Shown here: piece by piece, positions 29,171 to 38,975 of the stretch
Position numbering within the stretch: the stretch's first letter is position 1
Layout: each line of letters begins with the position of its first letter
From: a virus
Reading direction: 5' to 3' (one strand)
Virus record (IMG/VR): IMGVR_UViG_3300042446_001683
Length of the DNA: 64,000 bases
Position numbers and translations under genes: made by a program
The notes under the pieces: model-generated
The model's input: the letters and a program-made list of their open reading frames with translations, nothing else
What the model was told of the DNA's origin: nothing
Databases searched by the model: none

Positions 29171-29231
29171 GGTACGTAACGTTAAAGAAACACTACGAGA
29201 AAAGGCATTTTAAAAGCTTGTATTAGCTAAC

Positions 29232-29260
29232 TTGGCCTATTAATAAAAATGTAGTATATT
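29232..29260 (+). promoter_or_regulatory. Early/middle promoter TTGGCC-N17-TATATT
   Basis: Upstream of SSB gene. Confidence 0.7.
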
Positions 29261-29289
29261 AAATAGTAACAATTTAAAACCAAATAAAA

Positions 29290-30138
29290 ATGGACATCAA
29301 TGCGATTAAACAGAGATTAAGCTCTCTACAGTCATCAGGCGCCAAGAAAGAAAAGGTTGACTATTCCAAGTATTATTGGAAGCCTAAAGCCGAAGGTAAG
29401 TATCAAATCCGAGTGGTACCTTCAGTATTAAACAAGAGTAACCCATTTCAAGAAGTGTTCGTACACTACGGGTTCTCAAAATTCCCAATTTATGCTCTAA
29501 CCAACTGGGGTGAAAAAGATCCAATTGTTGAGTTTGCAAAATCACTTCGTACTACACAAGAAAAAGAAAACTGGCAATTGGCTAAGAAATTAGATCCAAA
29601 AATGAGAGTTTTTGCTCCTGTAGTTGTTCGTGGTGAAGAAGAAAAAGGTGTTCGCCTTTGGGAGTTCGGAAAAGAAATCTATATGCAATTATTAGGTATT
29701 GCTGAGGATGAGGATTATGGAGATTTCACTGACATCAACGAAGGACGTGACTTTACAGTTGATGTAGTAACAGGTGATATTGGTGGTCGTCAAGGATTGA
29801 AATCATCAATTCGTGTTAAACCTAAAACGTCACCACTAGGTTCTGATAAAGAAACTATCAAAATGTGGTTAACTGAGCAACCAAATGTTCTTGAGTTACA
29901 ACGCAAAACTGCGTTTGATGATCTTAAAACTATTTTAGCTAATTTCTTAAACCCAGAGGTTGAAGAGACAGTAGCAGTTGAAGTAGATGAAGATGAAGAT
30001 CCGATCATGGCTAAAGCACAAGAAGAGCCTAAAACAAACTATAGTTTAAAGGCAGCACCAGTAGCTAAGGTATCTAAAGCGGATAAGTTCGATGCTTTGT
30101 TTGACGACGAAGAAGAAGGCGAAGGCTCACCATTCTAA
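29290..30138 (+). CDS. Single-stranded DNA-binding protein, gp32-like
   Basis: WKP..GKYQIRVVP, HY, GEKDPI, WEFGK.IY, GRDF; acidic tail. Confidence 0.82.
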   Translation: MDINAIKQRLSSLQSSGAKKEKVDYSKYYWKPKAEGKYQIRVVPSVLNKSNPFQEVFVHYGFSKFPIYALTNWGEKDPIVEFAKSLRTTQEKENWQLAKKLDPKMRVFAPVVVRGEEEKGVRLWEFGKEIYMQLLGIAEDEDYGDFTDINEGRDFTVDVVTGDIGGRQGLKSSIRVKPKTSPLGSDKETIKMWLTEQPNVLELQRKTAFDDLKTILANFLNPEVEETVAVEVDEDEDPIMAKAQEEPKTNYSLKAAPVAKVSKADKFDALFDDEEEGEGSPF

Positions 30139-30154
30139 ATAAATAAAAACTTAT

Positions 30155-31240
30155 ATGGCCAAAAAGAAAGAATCTTTAATGACAGCGGTCTCTGCTGAAA
30201 TGAAAGCTAGTTTTAATCTAGATAAATTTAAAGAGAAAAAATTACTTAACACAACTGTTAAGTTTAAAGAACAAAGATGGATTCCATTCTCTGAAGCATT
30301 ACAAGATTCAACTTCACTTCCAGGTGCAGCGGTAGGACATATTAATCTCTTAAGAGGACACAGTAACACAGGTAAAACAACAGCATTACTTGAGTTGGCA
30401 ATTAATGCCCAGAAAATGGGCATTTTGCCTGTGTTTATTATTACAGAGATGAAATGGTCTTGGGAACATGCTAAACAAATGGGTTTCCAAGTTGAAGATG
30501 TTGTAGATGAATCAACAGGAGAAGTGTTAGACTATAAAGGATTCTTCCTATATACTGATAGAAGTTCATTAGGGACTATTGAAGATGTAGCAGAATTTAT
30601 AGCTGACTTGTTAGATGAGCAAAAGAAAGGTAATTTACCTTATGACTTATGCTTCTTCTGGGACTCAATTGGCTCTATACCTTGTAAAATGAGTGTTGAA
30701 CAGAATAAAAACAATCCAATGTGGAATGCAGGTGCAGTATCACAACAGTTTGGTAATTTTATTAATCAACGTTTCCCATTATCAAGGAAAGAATCATCAC
30801 CATATACAAATTCAATGGTTGCAATTAATAAGATCTGGGTCGCACCAGCTGAAAATATGTTTGCTCAACCTAAAATGAAAATGAAAAACGGTGAGACAAT
30901 GTTTTTAGACGCTTCAATTGTATTAACATTTGGTAATATTACTAATAGTGGTACAAGTAAATTAAAAGCAACTAAGGATGGTAAAGAAGTTGAATTCGCA
31001 GTTCGTACTAAAGTAGCAGTAGATAAAAATCATGTCACAGGATTACAAACTAAAAATACAGTTGTAGCTACAATACACGGTTTTATTCAAGATGATAACA
31101 AGGATATTGCTGACTATAAGAAACAACATGCTCATGAATGGGTGCATATTTTAGGTAGTATTGATGGAATTGGTCTCGCTGAAGATAAGTCCGAATGGGA
31201 TGAGAGTAAAGAGAACATTACATTAATTGACGAAGAATAA
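30155..31240 (+). CDS. RecA/UvsX-like recombinase
   Basis: GHSNTGKT Walker A, ITE, WDSIGS, INKIW, DKNH. Confidence 0.8.
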   Translation: MAKKKESLMTAVSAEMKASFNLDKFKEKKLLNTTVKFKEQRWIPFSEALQDSTSLPGAAVGHINLLRGHSNTGKTTALLELAINAQKMGILPVFIITEMKWSWEHAKQMGFQVEDVVDESTGEVLDYKGFFLYTDRSSLGTIEDVAEFIADLLDEQKKGNLPYDLCFFWDSIGSIPCKMSVEQNKNNPMWNAGAVSQQFGNFINQRFPLSRKESSPYTNSMVAINKIWVAPAENMFAQPKMKMKNGETMFLDASIVLTFGNITNSGTSKLKATKDGKEVEFAVRTKVAVDKNHVTGLQTKNTVVATIHGFIQDDNKDIADYKKQHAHEWVHILGSIDGIGLAEDKSEWDESKENITLIDEE

Positions 31241-31241
31241 A

Positions 31242-32288
31242 ATGGATAAAAAAGATTTATTCCGGTTATTAGATAATATTAAACCAGGAGACGATGAAGA
31301 AGTCACAGGTACATTTTCAAAACATGATAAAGTATTAATTATAGATGGTTTAAATCTATTCTTAAGAAACTTCGCAGTATTGAATTATGTTAACCAGGGA
31401 GGAGTTCATGTTGGTGGTTTAGGTGGTTTTTTAAGATCATTAAGTTTTCTAATTAACACAAATAAACCTACATCTGTGTATATTGTATTCGACGGAGTGG
31501 GTTCTTCCATAAACAGGAAGAACTTACTCCCGGAATACAAATCAGGTAGGAATCAAACCCGAATGACTAACCATGATACATTTGATGATTTAGATGAAGA
31601 ACATGAGTCTAAAGTAAATCAAATTTCTCGACTCATTCACTATTTAAGGTGTTTACCTGTCAATCTAATTATGCTCGATAAGGTCGAGGCAGATGACATT
31701 ATAGCGCATTTATCCCGTTATATGGCCACTAAATACGACAGCAAATGCACAATTGTGTCGGCGGATAAAGATTTCTTACAACTAGTAGACGATAACATAA
31801 CAGTTTATAGTCCTATGGTTAAAGAATATTATACACCAAAACTAGTAAAAGAAAAATTTGGCCTCCCAGCTCATAATTTTATCTTATATAAGACATTAAT
31901 GGGTGATAATTCAGATAAAATACCAGGAGTACAAGGATTAGGACCTAAAAAGTTATTTAAATTGTTCCCTGAATTAGCAGATAGAGAAATGACTTTAGAA
32001 GAGGTTTTTGAAATAAGTGAGTCTAAATACAAAGACAATATTATTTATTCCAGGGTGGTTTTTAATAACGAGAGTATTAGGAACAATTATTTGATTATGG
32101 ATTTAGGTAATCCGTTACTAGATGAGGGTGAAAAGAAGCATATTGAGAGTATAGTTGAACAACCAATTGAAAGAACAAAAGCAGCTGAGTTCATTAAGTT
32201 ATATAACGAAGATGGGTTACATCATACAATCAAAAATGTAGAGTATTGGATTAGAGACACATTCAAAGTTTTAAACAGTTTTAAATAA
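31242..32288 (+). CDS. 5'-3' exonuclease / flap endonuclease (T4 RNase H-like)
   Basis: IIDGLNLF, VFDG, YKSGR, EADD, SADKDF, GDNSDKIPGV; ATG 31242 preferred. Confidence 0.92.
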   Translation: MDKKDLFRLLDNIKPGDDEEVTGTFSKHDKVLIIDGLNLFLRNFAVLNYVNQGGVHVGGLGGFLRSLSFLINTNKPTSVYIVFDGVGSSINRKNLLPEYKSGRNQTRMTNHDTFDDLDEEHESKVNQISRLIHYLRCLPVNLIMLDKVEADDIIAHLSRYMATKYDSKCTIVSADKDFLQLVDDNITVYSPMVKEYYTPKLVKEKFGLPAHNFILYKTLMGDNSDKIPGVQGLGPKKLFKLFPELADREMTLEEVFEISESKYKDNIIYSRVVFNNESIRNNYLIMDLGNPLLDEGEKKHIESIVEQPIERTKAAEFIKLYNEDGLHHTIKNVEYWIRDTFKVLNSFK

Positions 32289-32297
32289 ATAAAAGTT

Positions 32298-33662
32298 ATG
32301 ACGTTAAGTACATTGTCCTCGTATGGAATACATTTCCAGACGAAAGTGATATCTTCCTTATTGACACATAAGGAATTTTTAGTCAACATACATGACATTA
32401 TAAGCGAAGAGTATTTCGATAACTCAGCTCATAAATGGGTCATAAGTGAAATCTTAAAGTACTATGACAAATACCATACTACACCAAGTATGGAAGTCTT
32501 GAAAGTACAAGTAAAGAAAATCGATAATGAAGTTCTACAATTATCAATTAAGGAACAATTAAAAGAAGCATATAAAGCATCAGACGATGACTTAGCTTAT
32601 GTAGAGGAAGAGTTTTCTAACTTCTGTAAGAACCAACAATTAAAGAAAGCATTATTAACATCAGTAGATTTATTAAACGCTGGTGACTATGATTCAATTA
32701 GAAACTTAGTTGATAACGCTTTAAAAGCTGGTGGTGATAAGAATTTAGGATTAGAATATAGTAAAGATGTTGAATCTCGATATAGAGAAGAAGACAGAAG
32801 CCCGATTGCTACACCTTGGCCTTTATTTAATGACCTATTACAAGGTGGTTTAGGTGAAGGTGACTTTGGATTAATATTTGGTAATCCGGGAGGAGGTAAA
32901 TCATGGACATTGATTGCTTTAGGAGCACACGCTGTCCAATTAGGTTTTAATGTAATACACTATACTTTAGAGTTAGGTGAAAGTTATGTTGGAAGAAGAT
33001 ATGATGCTTGTTTAACAGGAATACCTGTAAATAACATTATGGGTTTTAAAGACCAAGTTGAAAAAGAAATACTTGAACTACCAGGTAACTTAGTTATTAA
33101 AGAATATTCACCTGGTAAAGCATCTATTTCAACAATAGAATCACATATTCAAAAATGTATTGACTTAGATTTCAAACCAGATTTGATTATTATCGATTAC
33201 GTAGACTTACTTCGATCAAAAAGAAACAATCGTGAGCGTAAGGATGAAATTGATGATATTTATCTTAGTACTAAAGGTCTTGCTCGTGAATTGAAGTTAC
33301 CTATTTGGAGTGTATCTCAAGTTAATAGAGCGGGAGCTAAAGACGATGTTATTGAGGGTGATAAAGCCGCAGGTAGCTATGACAAAGTCATGATTACAGA
33401 TGTGGCTATTTCTCTCTCTCGTAAAAAAGAAGACAAAGTAGCTGGAACAGGTAGATTTCACTTTATGAAAAACAGATATGGAGGTGACGGTATGACATTT
33501 GGAGCTAAAATTGATACATCAACAGGTCGTTTCGAGATATTTAACGATTATGATGAAAATGAAGAATCATATACACCATCTAAACCTGTAAACAGTTTTA
33601 GTGAAATAAATAGCCTAGATCGAGACATTCTTCAAAAGAAATTTTTTGAACTACAATCTTGA
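32298..33662 (+). CDS. Replicative DNA helicase, DnaB/gp41-like
   Basis: GNPGGGKS, TLEL, IIDYVDLL, SQVNR, KNRYG. Confidence 0.92.
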   Translation: MTLSTLSSYGIHFQTKVISSLLTHKEFLVNIHDIISEEYFDNSAHKWVISEILKYYDKYHTTPSMEVLKVQVKKIDNEVLQLSIKEQLKEAYKASDDDLAYVEEEFSNFCKNQQLKKALLTSVDLLNAGDYDSIRNLVDNALKAGGDKNLGLEYSKDVESRYREEDRSPIATPWPLFNDLLQGGLGEGDFGLIFGNPGGGKSWTLIALGAHAVQLGFNVIHYTLELGESYVGRRYDACLTGIPVNNIMGFKDQVEKEILELPGNLVIKEYSPGKASISTIESHIQKCIDLDFKPDLIIIDYVDLLRSKRNNRERKDEIDDIYLSTKGLARELKLPIWSVSQVNRAGAKDDVIEGDKAAGSYDKVMITDVAISLSRKKEDKVAGTGRFHFMKNRYGGDGMTFGAKIDTSTGRFEIFNDYDENEESYTPSKPVNSFSEINSLDRDILQKKFFELQS

Positions 33663-33679
33663 TGTTATATTAAAATTAT

Positions 33680-34630
33680 ATGATTACTAAAATAAGAAAT
33701 TTTTACAAGCCGTTTGAGTACCAACAGGCGTTTGATTTTTATAAAGATCAACATCGCTCACATTGGTTAGCAGACGAAGTGCCATTAGCATCAGATTTAG
33801 GTGACTGGAAAGGCAAATTAACAGAACCTGAAAGGAATTTAATTGGAAACATATTAAAGTCATTTGCCCAAACAGAAGTTCATGTGAACGATTATTGGTC
33901 GACAAAAGTATCAGTATGGTTTCCAAAACCTGAAATTCAAGCAATGGCTCGTGTGTTTGCTGATTTTGAATCAATTCATGCTGAAGCATATGCTCGTTTG
34001 AATGAAGAATTAGGTTTAGATGATTTTCAAGCGTTCTTAGAAGATGAAACATCAAAAGCAAAAATTGAGCGTTTAATTGAAACACCAGGTGAAACATTAG
34101 AGGAAAGAGCATTATCATTAGCTATATTCTCAGCGTTCACTGAAGGAGTAAATTTGTTTAGTTCGTTTGCTATATTAATGAGTTTCCAATTAAGAAACTT
34201 AATGAAAGGAACAGGCCAAATTGTTGAGTGGAGTGTTAGAGATGAATCATTACATTCTAAAGCAGGATGTTGGTTGTTTAGAACATTACTTGAAGAACAA
34301 CCTGAACTAAATAATAACAGACTAAGAGACGCAGTAATAGAAGCATGCCAAATATCAGTACAATTAGAATTTGATTTTATTGATAAGGCATTTGAAATGG
34401 GAGATGTTGATGGATTAAATGTTAATCAATTAAAGAATTTCATTAAAGCACGAGCTAACGAGAAAATGTTAGAATTAGGTTATAATGCAATTTATAATGA
34501 CATTGATCCGGGTTTATTAAAACAAATTGAGTGGTTCGGTCATTTAACAAGCGGTAAAACGCATCAAGATTTCTTTGCGGGAAGAGTAACTAGTTACTCA
34601 AAGTCAACAGCAGATTGGGACGATTTATAA
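33680..34630 (+). CDS. nrdB: Ribonucleotide reductase class Ia beta subunit
   Basis: HWLADEV, ESIHAEAY, EGVNLFSSF, RDESLH, DFFAGRVTSY. Confidence 0.95.
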   Translation: MITKIRNFYKPFEYQQAFDFYKDQHRSHWLADEVPLASDLGDWKGKLTEPERNLIGNILKSFAQTEVHVNDYWSTKVSVWFPKPEIQAMARVFADFESIHAEAYARLNEELGLDDFQAFLEDETSKAKIERLIETPGETLEERALSLAIFSAFTEGVNLFSSFAILMSFQLRNLMKGTGQIVEWSVRDESLHSKAGCWLFRTLLEEQPELNNNRLRDAVIEACQISVQLEFDFIDKAFEMGDVDGLNVNQLKNFIKARANEKMLELGYNAIYNDIDPGLLKQIEWFGHLTSGKTHQDFFAGRVTSYSKSTADWDDL

Positions 34631-34640
34631 AAAACAAAAA

Positions 34641-36365
34641 ATGAGTATACAAGTAGACACAGATGGATGGGTTAAAGGAAAGAACTACCCAAGTTGGATG
34701 GATGAGATTGCTGTTAGCATGATTTCAAAAGGTTATTTATTGCCTGATGAAGATGTATTTGACGCATATAAAAGAGTAACTAAATCAGCTGCTCGTAGAT
34801 TAAAACGTAAAGACTTACAACCGTTCTTTTATGAGGCGATAGTCAAGAATTGGTTATGTTTAGCATCACCTGTATTATCAAACTTAGGTACAGAACGTGG
34901 AATGCCTATTTCATGCTTTGGTATCGATGTTGGAGACAGCATCGAAGGTATTGCAGATGCTAACTCTGAATTAATGAGACTATCATCTCAAGGTGGTGGT
35001 GTAGGTATTGGTTTATCTCGCATTAGAGGCCGAGGTAAAGCGATTAAAGACAATGGTGTATCTGAAGGTATTGTTCCGTGGGCTAAAATTTATGATTCAA
35101 CCATTTTAGCTACTAACCAAGGATCAGTTCGTAGAGGAGCGGCATCAGTTAACTTAAATATTAATCACCCTGATGTTGAGGAATTTTTACAAATTCGTAG
35201 ACCAAAAGGTGATGTTAATCGTCAATGTTTGAACTTACACCAATGTGTTGTTATTGATGACCAGTTTATGACTAACCTAGACAATAAAGAACCTAGAGCA
35301 ATGAAGTTGTGGGGTGAGATTTTAAAAACACGTCTTGAGACAGGTGAGCCTTATATTATGTTTGAAGATAATGTTAATAATACAAATCCTGAAGCATATA
35401 AGAAAAATAACTTACATGTATCAATGACTAACATTTGTTCTGAGATTTCATTATATACAGATGAATTACATTCATTTATTTGTTGTTTATCATCTTTAAA
35501 CTTAGCTCGTTGGGATGAATGGAAAGATTTTACATTTGAAAATGGAATGACATTACCTGAGTTAACTTGTTGGTTTTTGGAAGGTGTATTACAAGAATTT
35601 ATTGATAGAGCTAAAAATGTTAAGTTTATGGAAAACACAGTTCGTTCTGCTACTAAAGGTAGAGCAATTGGAATTGGTGTTTTAGGATGGCATACATTTT
35701 TACAATCAAAGAATTTACCATTTGTAGGTATTCAAGCAACTGCTTATACAAGAATGATATCTGACTTTATTGAGAAAGGCGCTTTAAAAGCATCTCACGA
35801 CCAAGCAGAATTATATGGTGAGCCAGAATGGTGTAAAGGCACAGGTATGAGACATACTCATCACTTAGCAATTGCACCTACAGTATCAAACGCTCATATT
35901 TCAGGAGGTGTATCACCTTCAATTGAACCTATTCCTGCTAATGTTTATAATTTGAAAACAGCGAAAGGTGTATTCATTAAGCGTAATAAAATATTAGAGG
36001 AATTACTTGAAACTAAAGGATATAACATTGATAGTGTTTGGGAACAAATTCTAAAAGACCAAGGTTCAGTTATTAATGTTCCTTCTTATATTTTAACTGA
36101 TGAAGAAAAGGAAGTATTCTTAACATTCAAAGAAATCAACCAATTAGAAATTGTAAGACAAAATGGTGTTAGACAAGAATATGTAGACCAAGCTATCTCA
36201 TTAAACTTATGTTTTGATCCAAATGATACTCCAAAATGGATTAGCCAAGTACATAAAGAGGCTCATAAACTAGGGATTAAAACATTATACTACTTACGTA
36301 CTGAATCAGTATTAAGAGGAGATAATTTACAGCGTTTATCGGAATGCATCAGTTGTGAAGGATAA
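34641..36365 (+). CDS. nrdA: Ribonucleotide reductase class Ia alpha subunit (short, no obvious ATP cone)
   Basis: PISCF, GGGVG, RRGA, TNICSEI, APTVS, TLYYLR, C-terminal CISCEG. Confidence 0.95.
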   Translation: MSIQVDTDGWVKGKNYPSWMDEIAVSMISKGYLLPDEDVFDAYKRVTKSAARRLKRKDLQPFFYEAIVKNWLCLASPVLSNLGTERGMPISCFGIDVGDSIEGIADANSELMRLSSQGGGVGIGLSRIRGRGKAIKDNGVSEGIVPWAKIYDSTILATNQGSVRRGAASVNLNINHPDVEEFLQIRRPKGDVNRQCLNLHQCVVIDDQFMTNLDNKEPRAMKLWGEILKTRLETGEPYIMFEDNVNNTNPEAYKKNNLHVSMTNICSEISLYTDELHSFICCLSSLNLARWDEWKDFTFENGMTLPELTCWFLEGVLQEFIDRAKNVKFMENTVRSATKGRAIGIGVLGWHTFLQSKNLPFVGIQATAYTRMISDFIEKGALKASHDQAELYGEPEWCKGTGMRHTHHLAIAPTVSNAHISGGVSPSIEPIPANVYNLKTAKGVFIKRNKILEELLETKGYNIDSVWEQILKDQGSVINVPSYILTDEEKEVFLTFKEINQLEIVRQNGVRQEYVDQAISLNLCFDPNDTPKWISQVHKEAHKLGIKTLYYLRTESVLRGDNLQRLSECISCEG

Positions 36366-36366
36366 T

Positions 36367-36375
36367 ATATTTATA
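36367..36375 (+). promoter_or_regulatory. Putative late promoter motif ATATTTATA
   Basis: Upstream of the KQIIKEEI gene array. Confidence 0.6.
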
Positions 36376-36395
36376 GTAAATAATTCTTAATAAAA

Positions 36396-37067
36396 ATGAA
36401 ACTATCACAACTAAAACAAATCATCAAAGAAGAAATTCAAAATTCTTTAAAAGAAGCACCTGCTACCCCAGCATTAAAACCTTTAGATTTTACTAAACTT
36501 GATAATATATTTAATGTATTAACAACACCTCAACCAGGTTTAAGTAAAGAAGAGAGTGGTTATGAAACTATATCTGACGAAAAACCAGGCTCTTTTAAAT
36601 ATGTGACAAAGTTTCTTCAGAAATTAGCTGATGCTCATGCTAAAGGAGATAAAAAGTTTATAGATTTTATATCTAAAAATACAGATACTTTCCCACCTTC
36701 AGTAACAGTTGAGGATGATATTACTGATTATCTTAAAGATAAAAATTTAGCAAAACAGATTCAGAAGCTTAATGATATTTTTTATGGTATAGATTACAAT
36801 CTTTACGAAATTGAACCAGATGATGTTATAAGATCATATAATGAATTAGCGGATTTTGTTAATAAATTTGGTACAACCAAAGATGTAGGTTCTAACTCTA
36901 GAGATGATGCAAAAGCTTGGCTCGCGGCAAAGAACGCGCCAGCTAGCCCTGCGAAAACATACACTGGTAGTGACATGGCTAAATTAGTTAACTCACCAGA
37001 TTTTGATCAAAAATACACTATAACCACTAACGCTAAAGGTGAAATGGTTATTACTCCTAAGAAGTAA
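36396..37067 (+). CDS. Hypothetical protein with MKLSQLKQIIKEEI leader (candidate internal head protein)
   Basis: Shared 14-aa leader, then LKE-A. Confidence 0.6.
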   Translation: MKLSQLKQIIKEEIQNSLKEAPATPALKPLDFTKLDNIFNVLTTPQPGLSKEESGYETISDEKPGSFKYVTKFLQKLADAHAKGDKKFIDFISKNTDTFPPSVTVEDDITDYLKDKNLAKQIQKLNDIFYGIDYNLYEIEPDDVIRSYNELADFVNKFGTTKDVGSNSRDDAKAWLAAKNAPASPAKTYTGSDMAKLVNSPDFDQKYTITTNAKGEMVITPKK

Positions 37068-37073
37068 GTTGTT

Positions 37074-37424
37074 ATGAAACTATCTCAACTAAAACAAATC
37101 ATCAAAGAAGAAATTAAAGATTCTTTAAATGAAGCTAGTAATCTAGAATCTAAAGTAGCTGATTTATATGGATATGCTGGTGTAAAGACTCAGTATGATG
37201 ATGATATGGTTAAGAGATATGGTCAAAAAGTAATTGACCTAGCTGTAGAAATGGCTCCAAAAATATTAGCATATGAATCTGAACTTAAGAACATAGTTAA
37301 GCAAATGGAAGCATCACCAGAAGCAAAAATGCTGTTAAGAGCTATGTCAGAAGCTCGAGGATATAGTGGAGGCAGATCATATGTATCTTTAGGAGATTTA
37401 ATTAACCGATACACAAAAGACTAA
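37074..37424 (+). CDS. Hypothetical protein with MKLSQLKQIIKEEI leader
   Basis: Shared leader, then LNE-A. Confidence 0.6.
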   Translation: MKLSQLKQIIKEEIKDSLNEASNLESKVADLYGYAGVKTQYDDDMVKRYGQKVIDLAVEMAPKILAYESELKNIVKQMEASPEAKMLLRAMSEARGYSGGRSYVSLGDLINRYTKD

Positions 37425-37425
37425 T

Positions 37426-38049
37426 ATGAAACTATCACAACTTAAACAAATCATCAAAGAAGAGATAAACGAACTTGGATTTGACTACCCAGGTAAAGAA
37501 CAAACTCCTTCAGCATATCAAAACGGTATCATGGATACTTTAAAAGCTATACAACAATTAGGAGTAAATGTTGATGTAAATGCTGTAATGGATATACTTT
37601 ACCCAGATGATGAAAGTCCTAAAGATGAAAATCCAATAAATGAAAACTATGTGCTAGATGCTATGGGTACTGTGCTAGTAGGAGGTGTTGGATTAGTATT
37701 AGCAACAGCTGGTATTGTTGGTGGTACTGCTTTAGCTCTAGATAATATCCAATATGGTCCAATAGGTGATACTATTAGAAAATTAAAAAACAAAATAAGT
37801 GATCGTAAATTTAATAAGTATATTAGACCAATACTCCTTCGTTTTAAAAACGATCAAGTATTACAAGATATGTTTGAAAAATATAACTCAGCATCCTCCT
37901 TTGAATTTGATGCAATTAGAAAAGAAATTGCTGACTATATTGAAAGTAAACTTTCATCTAGAGAGTTAAAATATATTAAAGATGTTGTTGATTCATTACA
38001 TATGTCAGATCTATCTAAATCATTTAAACAAGAAGATGATATGATTTAA
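37426..38049 (+). CDS. Hypothetical protein with MKLSQLKQIIKEEI leader and hydrophobic segment
   Basis: Shared leader, INE-L; internal GTVLVGGVGLVLATAGIVGGTALAL. Confidence 0.6.
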   Translation: MKLSQLKQIIKEEINELGFDYPGKEQTPSAYQNGIMDTLKAIQQLGVNVDVNAVMDILYPDDESPKDENPINENYVLDAMGTVLVGGVGLVLATAGIVGGTALALDNIQYGPIGDTIRKLKNKISDRKFNKYIRPILLRFKNDQVLQDMFEKYNSASSFEFDAIRKEIADYIESKLSSRELKYIKDVVDSLHMSDLSKSFKQEDDMI

Positions 38050-38077
38050 TAATCTAGTAACATATTACATTTAAAGT

Positions 38078-38106
38078 TTGGCCTTCGGGCCATTCTTTGT
38101 TATATT
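38078..38106 (+). promoter_or_regulatory. Composite terminator hairpin / TTGGCC-N17-TATATT promoter
   Basis: TGGCC-TTCG-GGCCA + TTCTTT overlapping the -35 hexamer. Confidence 0.7.
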
Positions 38107-38112
38107 TAAGAT

Positions 38113-38406
38113 ATGAAAGTAGGAGCACTAGTAGAATGTATCAACGATACATGGAAACAAAAAACAATAGAAACTGTACCTAACCGTCCTATCAAAGGAA
38201 AGTATTACACAATTAGGACAGCTAATCAATATCCTCATGGTATTGGTGTTACTTTAGAAGAAGTAACTAATGCTAGAACAGTTCAATATCAAGGTCAATT
38301 ATTAGAACCTAGTTTTGATGCTGAACGTTTTAGAGAGTTAACTGACTTACCTGACATTGAGGAATTATTAGAAGAAGTATTTGCAGGCGAATTAACAGAA
38401 AAATAA
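38113..38406 (+). CDS. Hypothetical protein
   Basis: 97 aa; MKVGALVECIND...F.AERFR. Confidence 0.55.
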   Translation: MKVGALVECINDTWKQKTIETVPNRPIKGKYYTIRTANQYPHGIGVTLEEVTNARTVQYQGQLLEPSFDAERFRELTDLPDIEELLEEVFAGELTEK

Positions 38407-38927
38407 TGGTTACAGTAGAACAAGTTTTGAAAGAATTTAATCCTATATTTGGGATTGAAGCACCACCTAAACCAGCTAAACTAGCTAAGTTTAATGTATT
38501 TTATTGGCATAGACGATACCAAATTCATAAACCATTAGGAGCTAAAGCTCGTATTGACGAGAAAATGAAAAATGGTGACTTTGAATACTCACCTTACGCC
38601 AAGTATATCAATTATGAGTACTGGTGGATGGCTGAAGAAATAGCAGAAATACGTAACAGTGATAAAGGTTTTGAAGTAAAACAAGAACATGAACGTAATG
38701 CTATCAAAATGTATAATAGACGTATTGAAAATCTAAGAAAAGATTTTGAACGTGATGAAAAAGAACGTATGAGTAGTCTAAAATACAGTCTAAAACATTG
38801 GATTGGTGGTACCACAGAACAAGTACATACATTCATTTATGAACATGCAGAAGGTACTACTGAGGAATTGATTCAACAGTATAAAAAATGGTTACAAAAT
38901 AGACCAGAAAATGATCTTCCTTATTAA
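38406..38927 (+). CDS. Hypothetical protein
   Basis: 173 aa; FYWHRRY, NGDFEYSPY. Confidence 0.55.
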   Translation: MVTVEQVLKEFNPIFGIEAPPKPAKLAKFNVFYWHRRYQIHKPLGAKARIDEKMKNGDFEYSPYAKYINYEYWWMAEEIAEIRNSDKGFEVKQEHERNAIKMYNRRIENLRKDFERDEKERMSSLKYSLKHWIGGTTEQVHTFIYEHAEGTTEELIQQYKKWLQNRPENDLPY

Positions 38928-38937
38928 GAAAGATAGT

Positions 38938-38966
38938 TTGGCAATAAAAAGAAATATATTTATATT
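38938..38966 (+). promoter_or_regulatory. TTGGCA-N17-TATATT promoter overlapping ATATTTATA (38956-38964)
   Basis: Both motifs occur upstream of the deazaguanine cluster. Confidence 0.65.
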
Positions 38967-38975
38967 AAATAAGTT

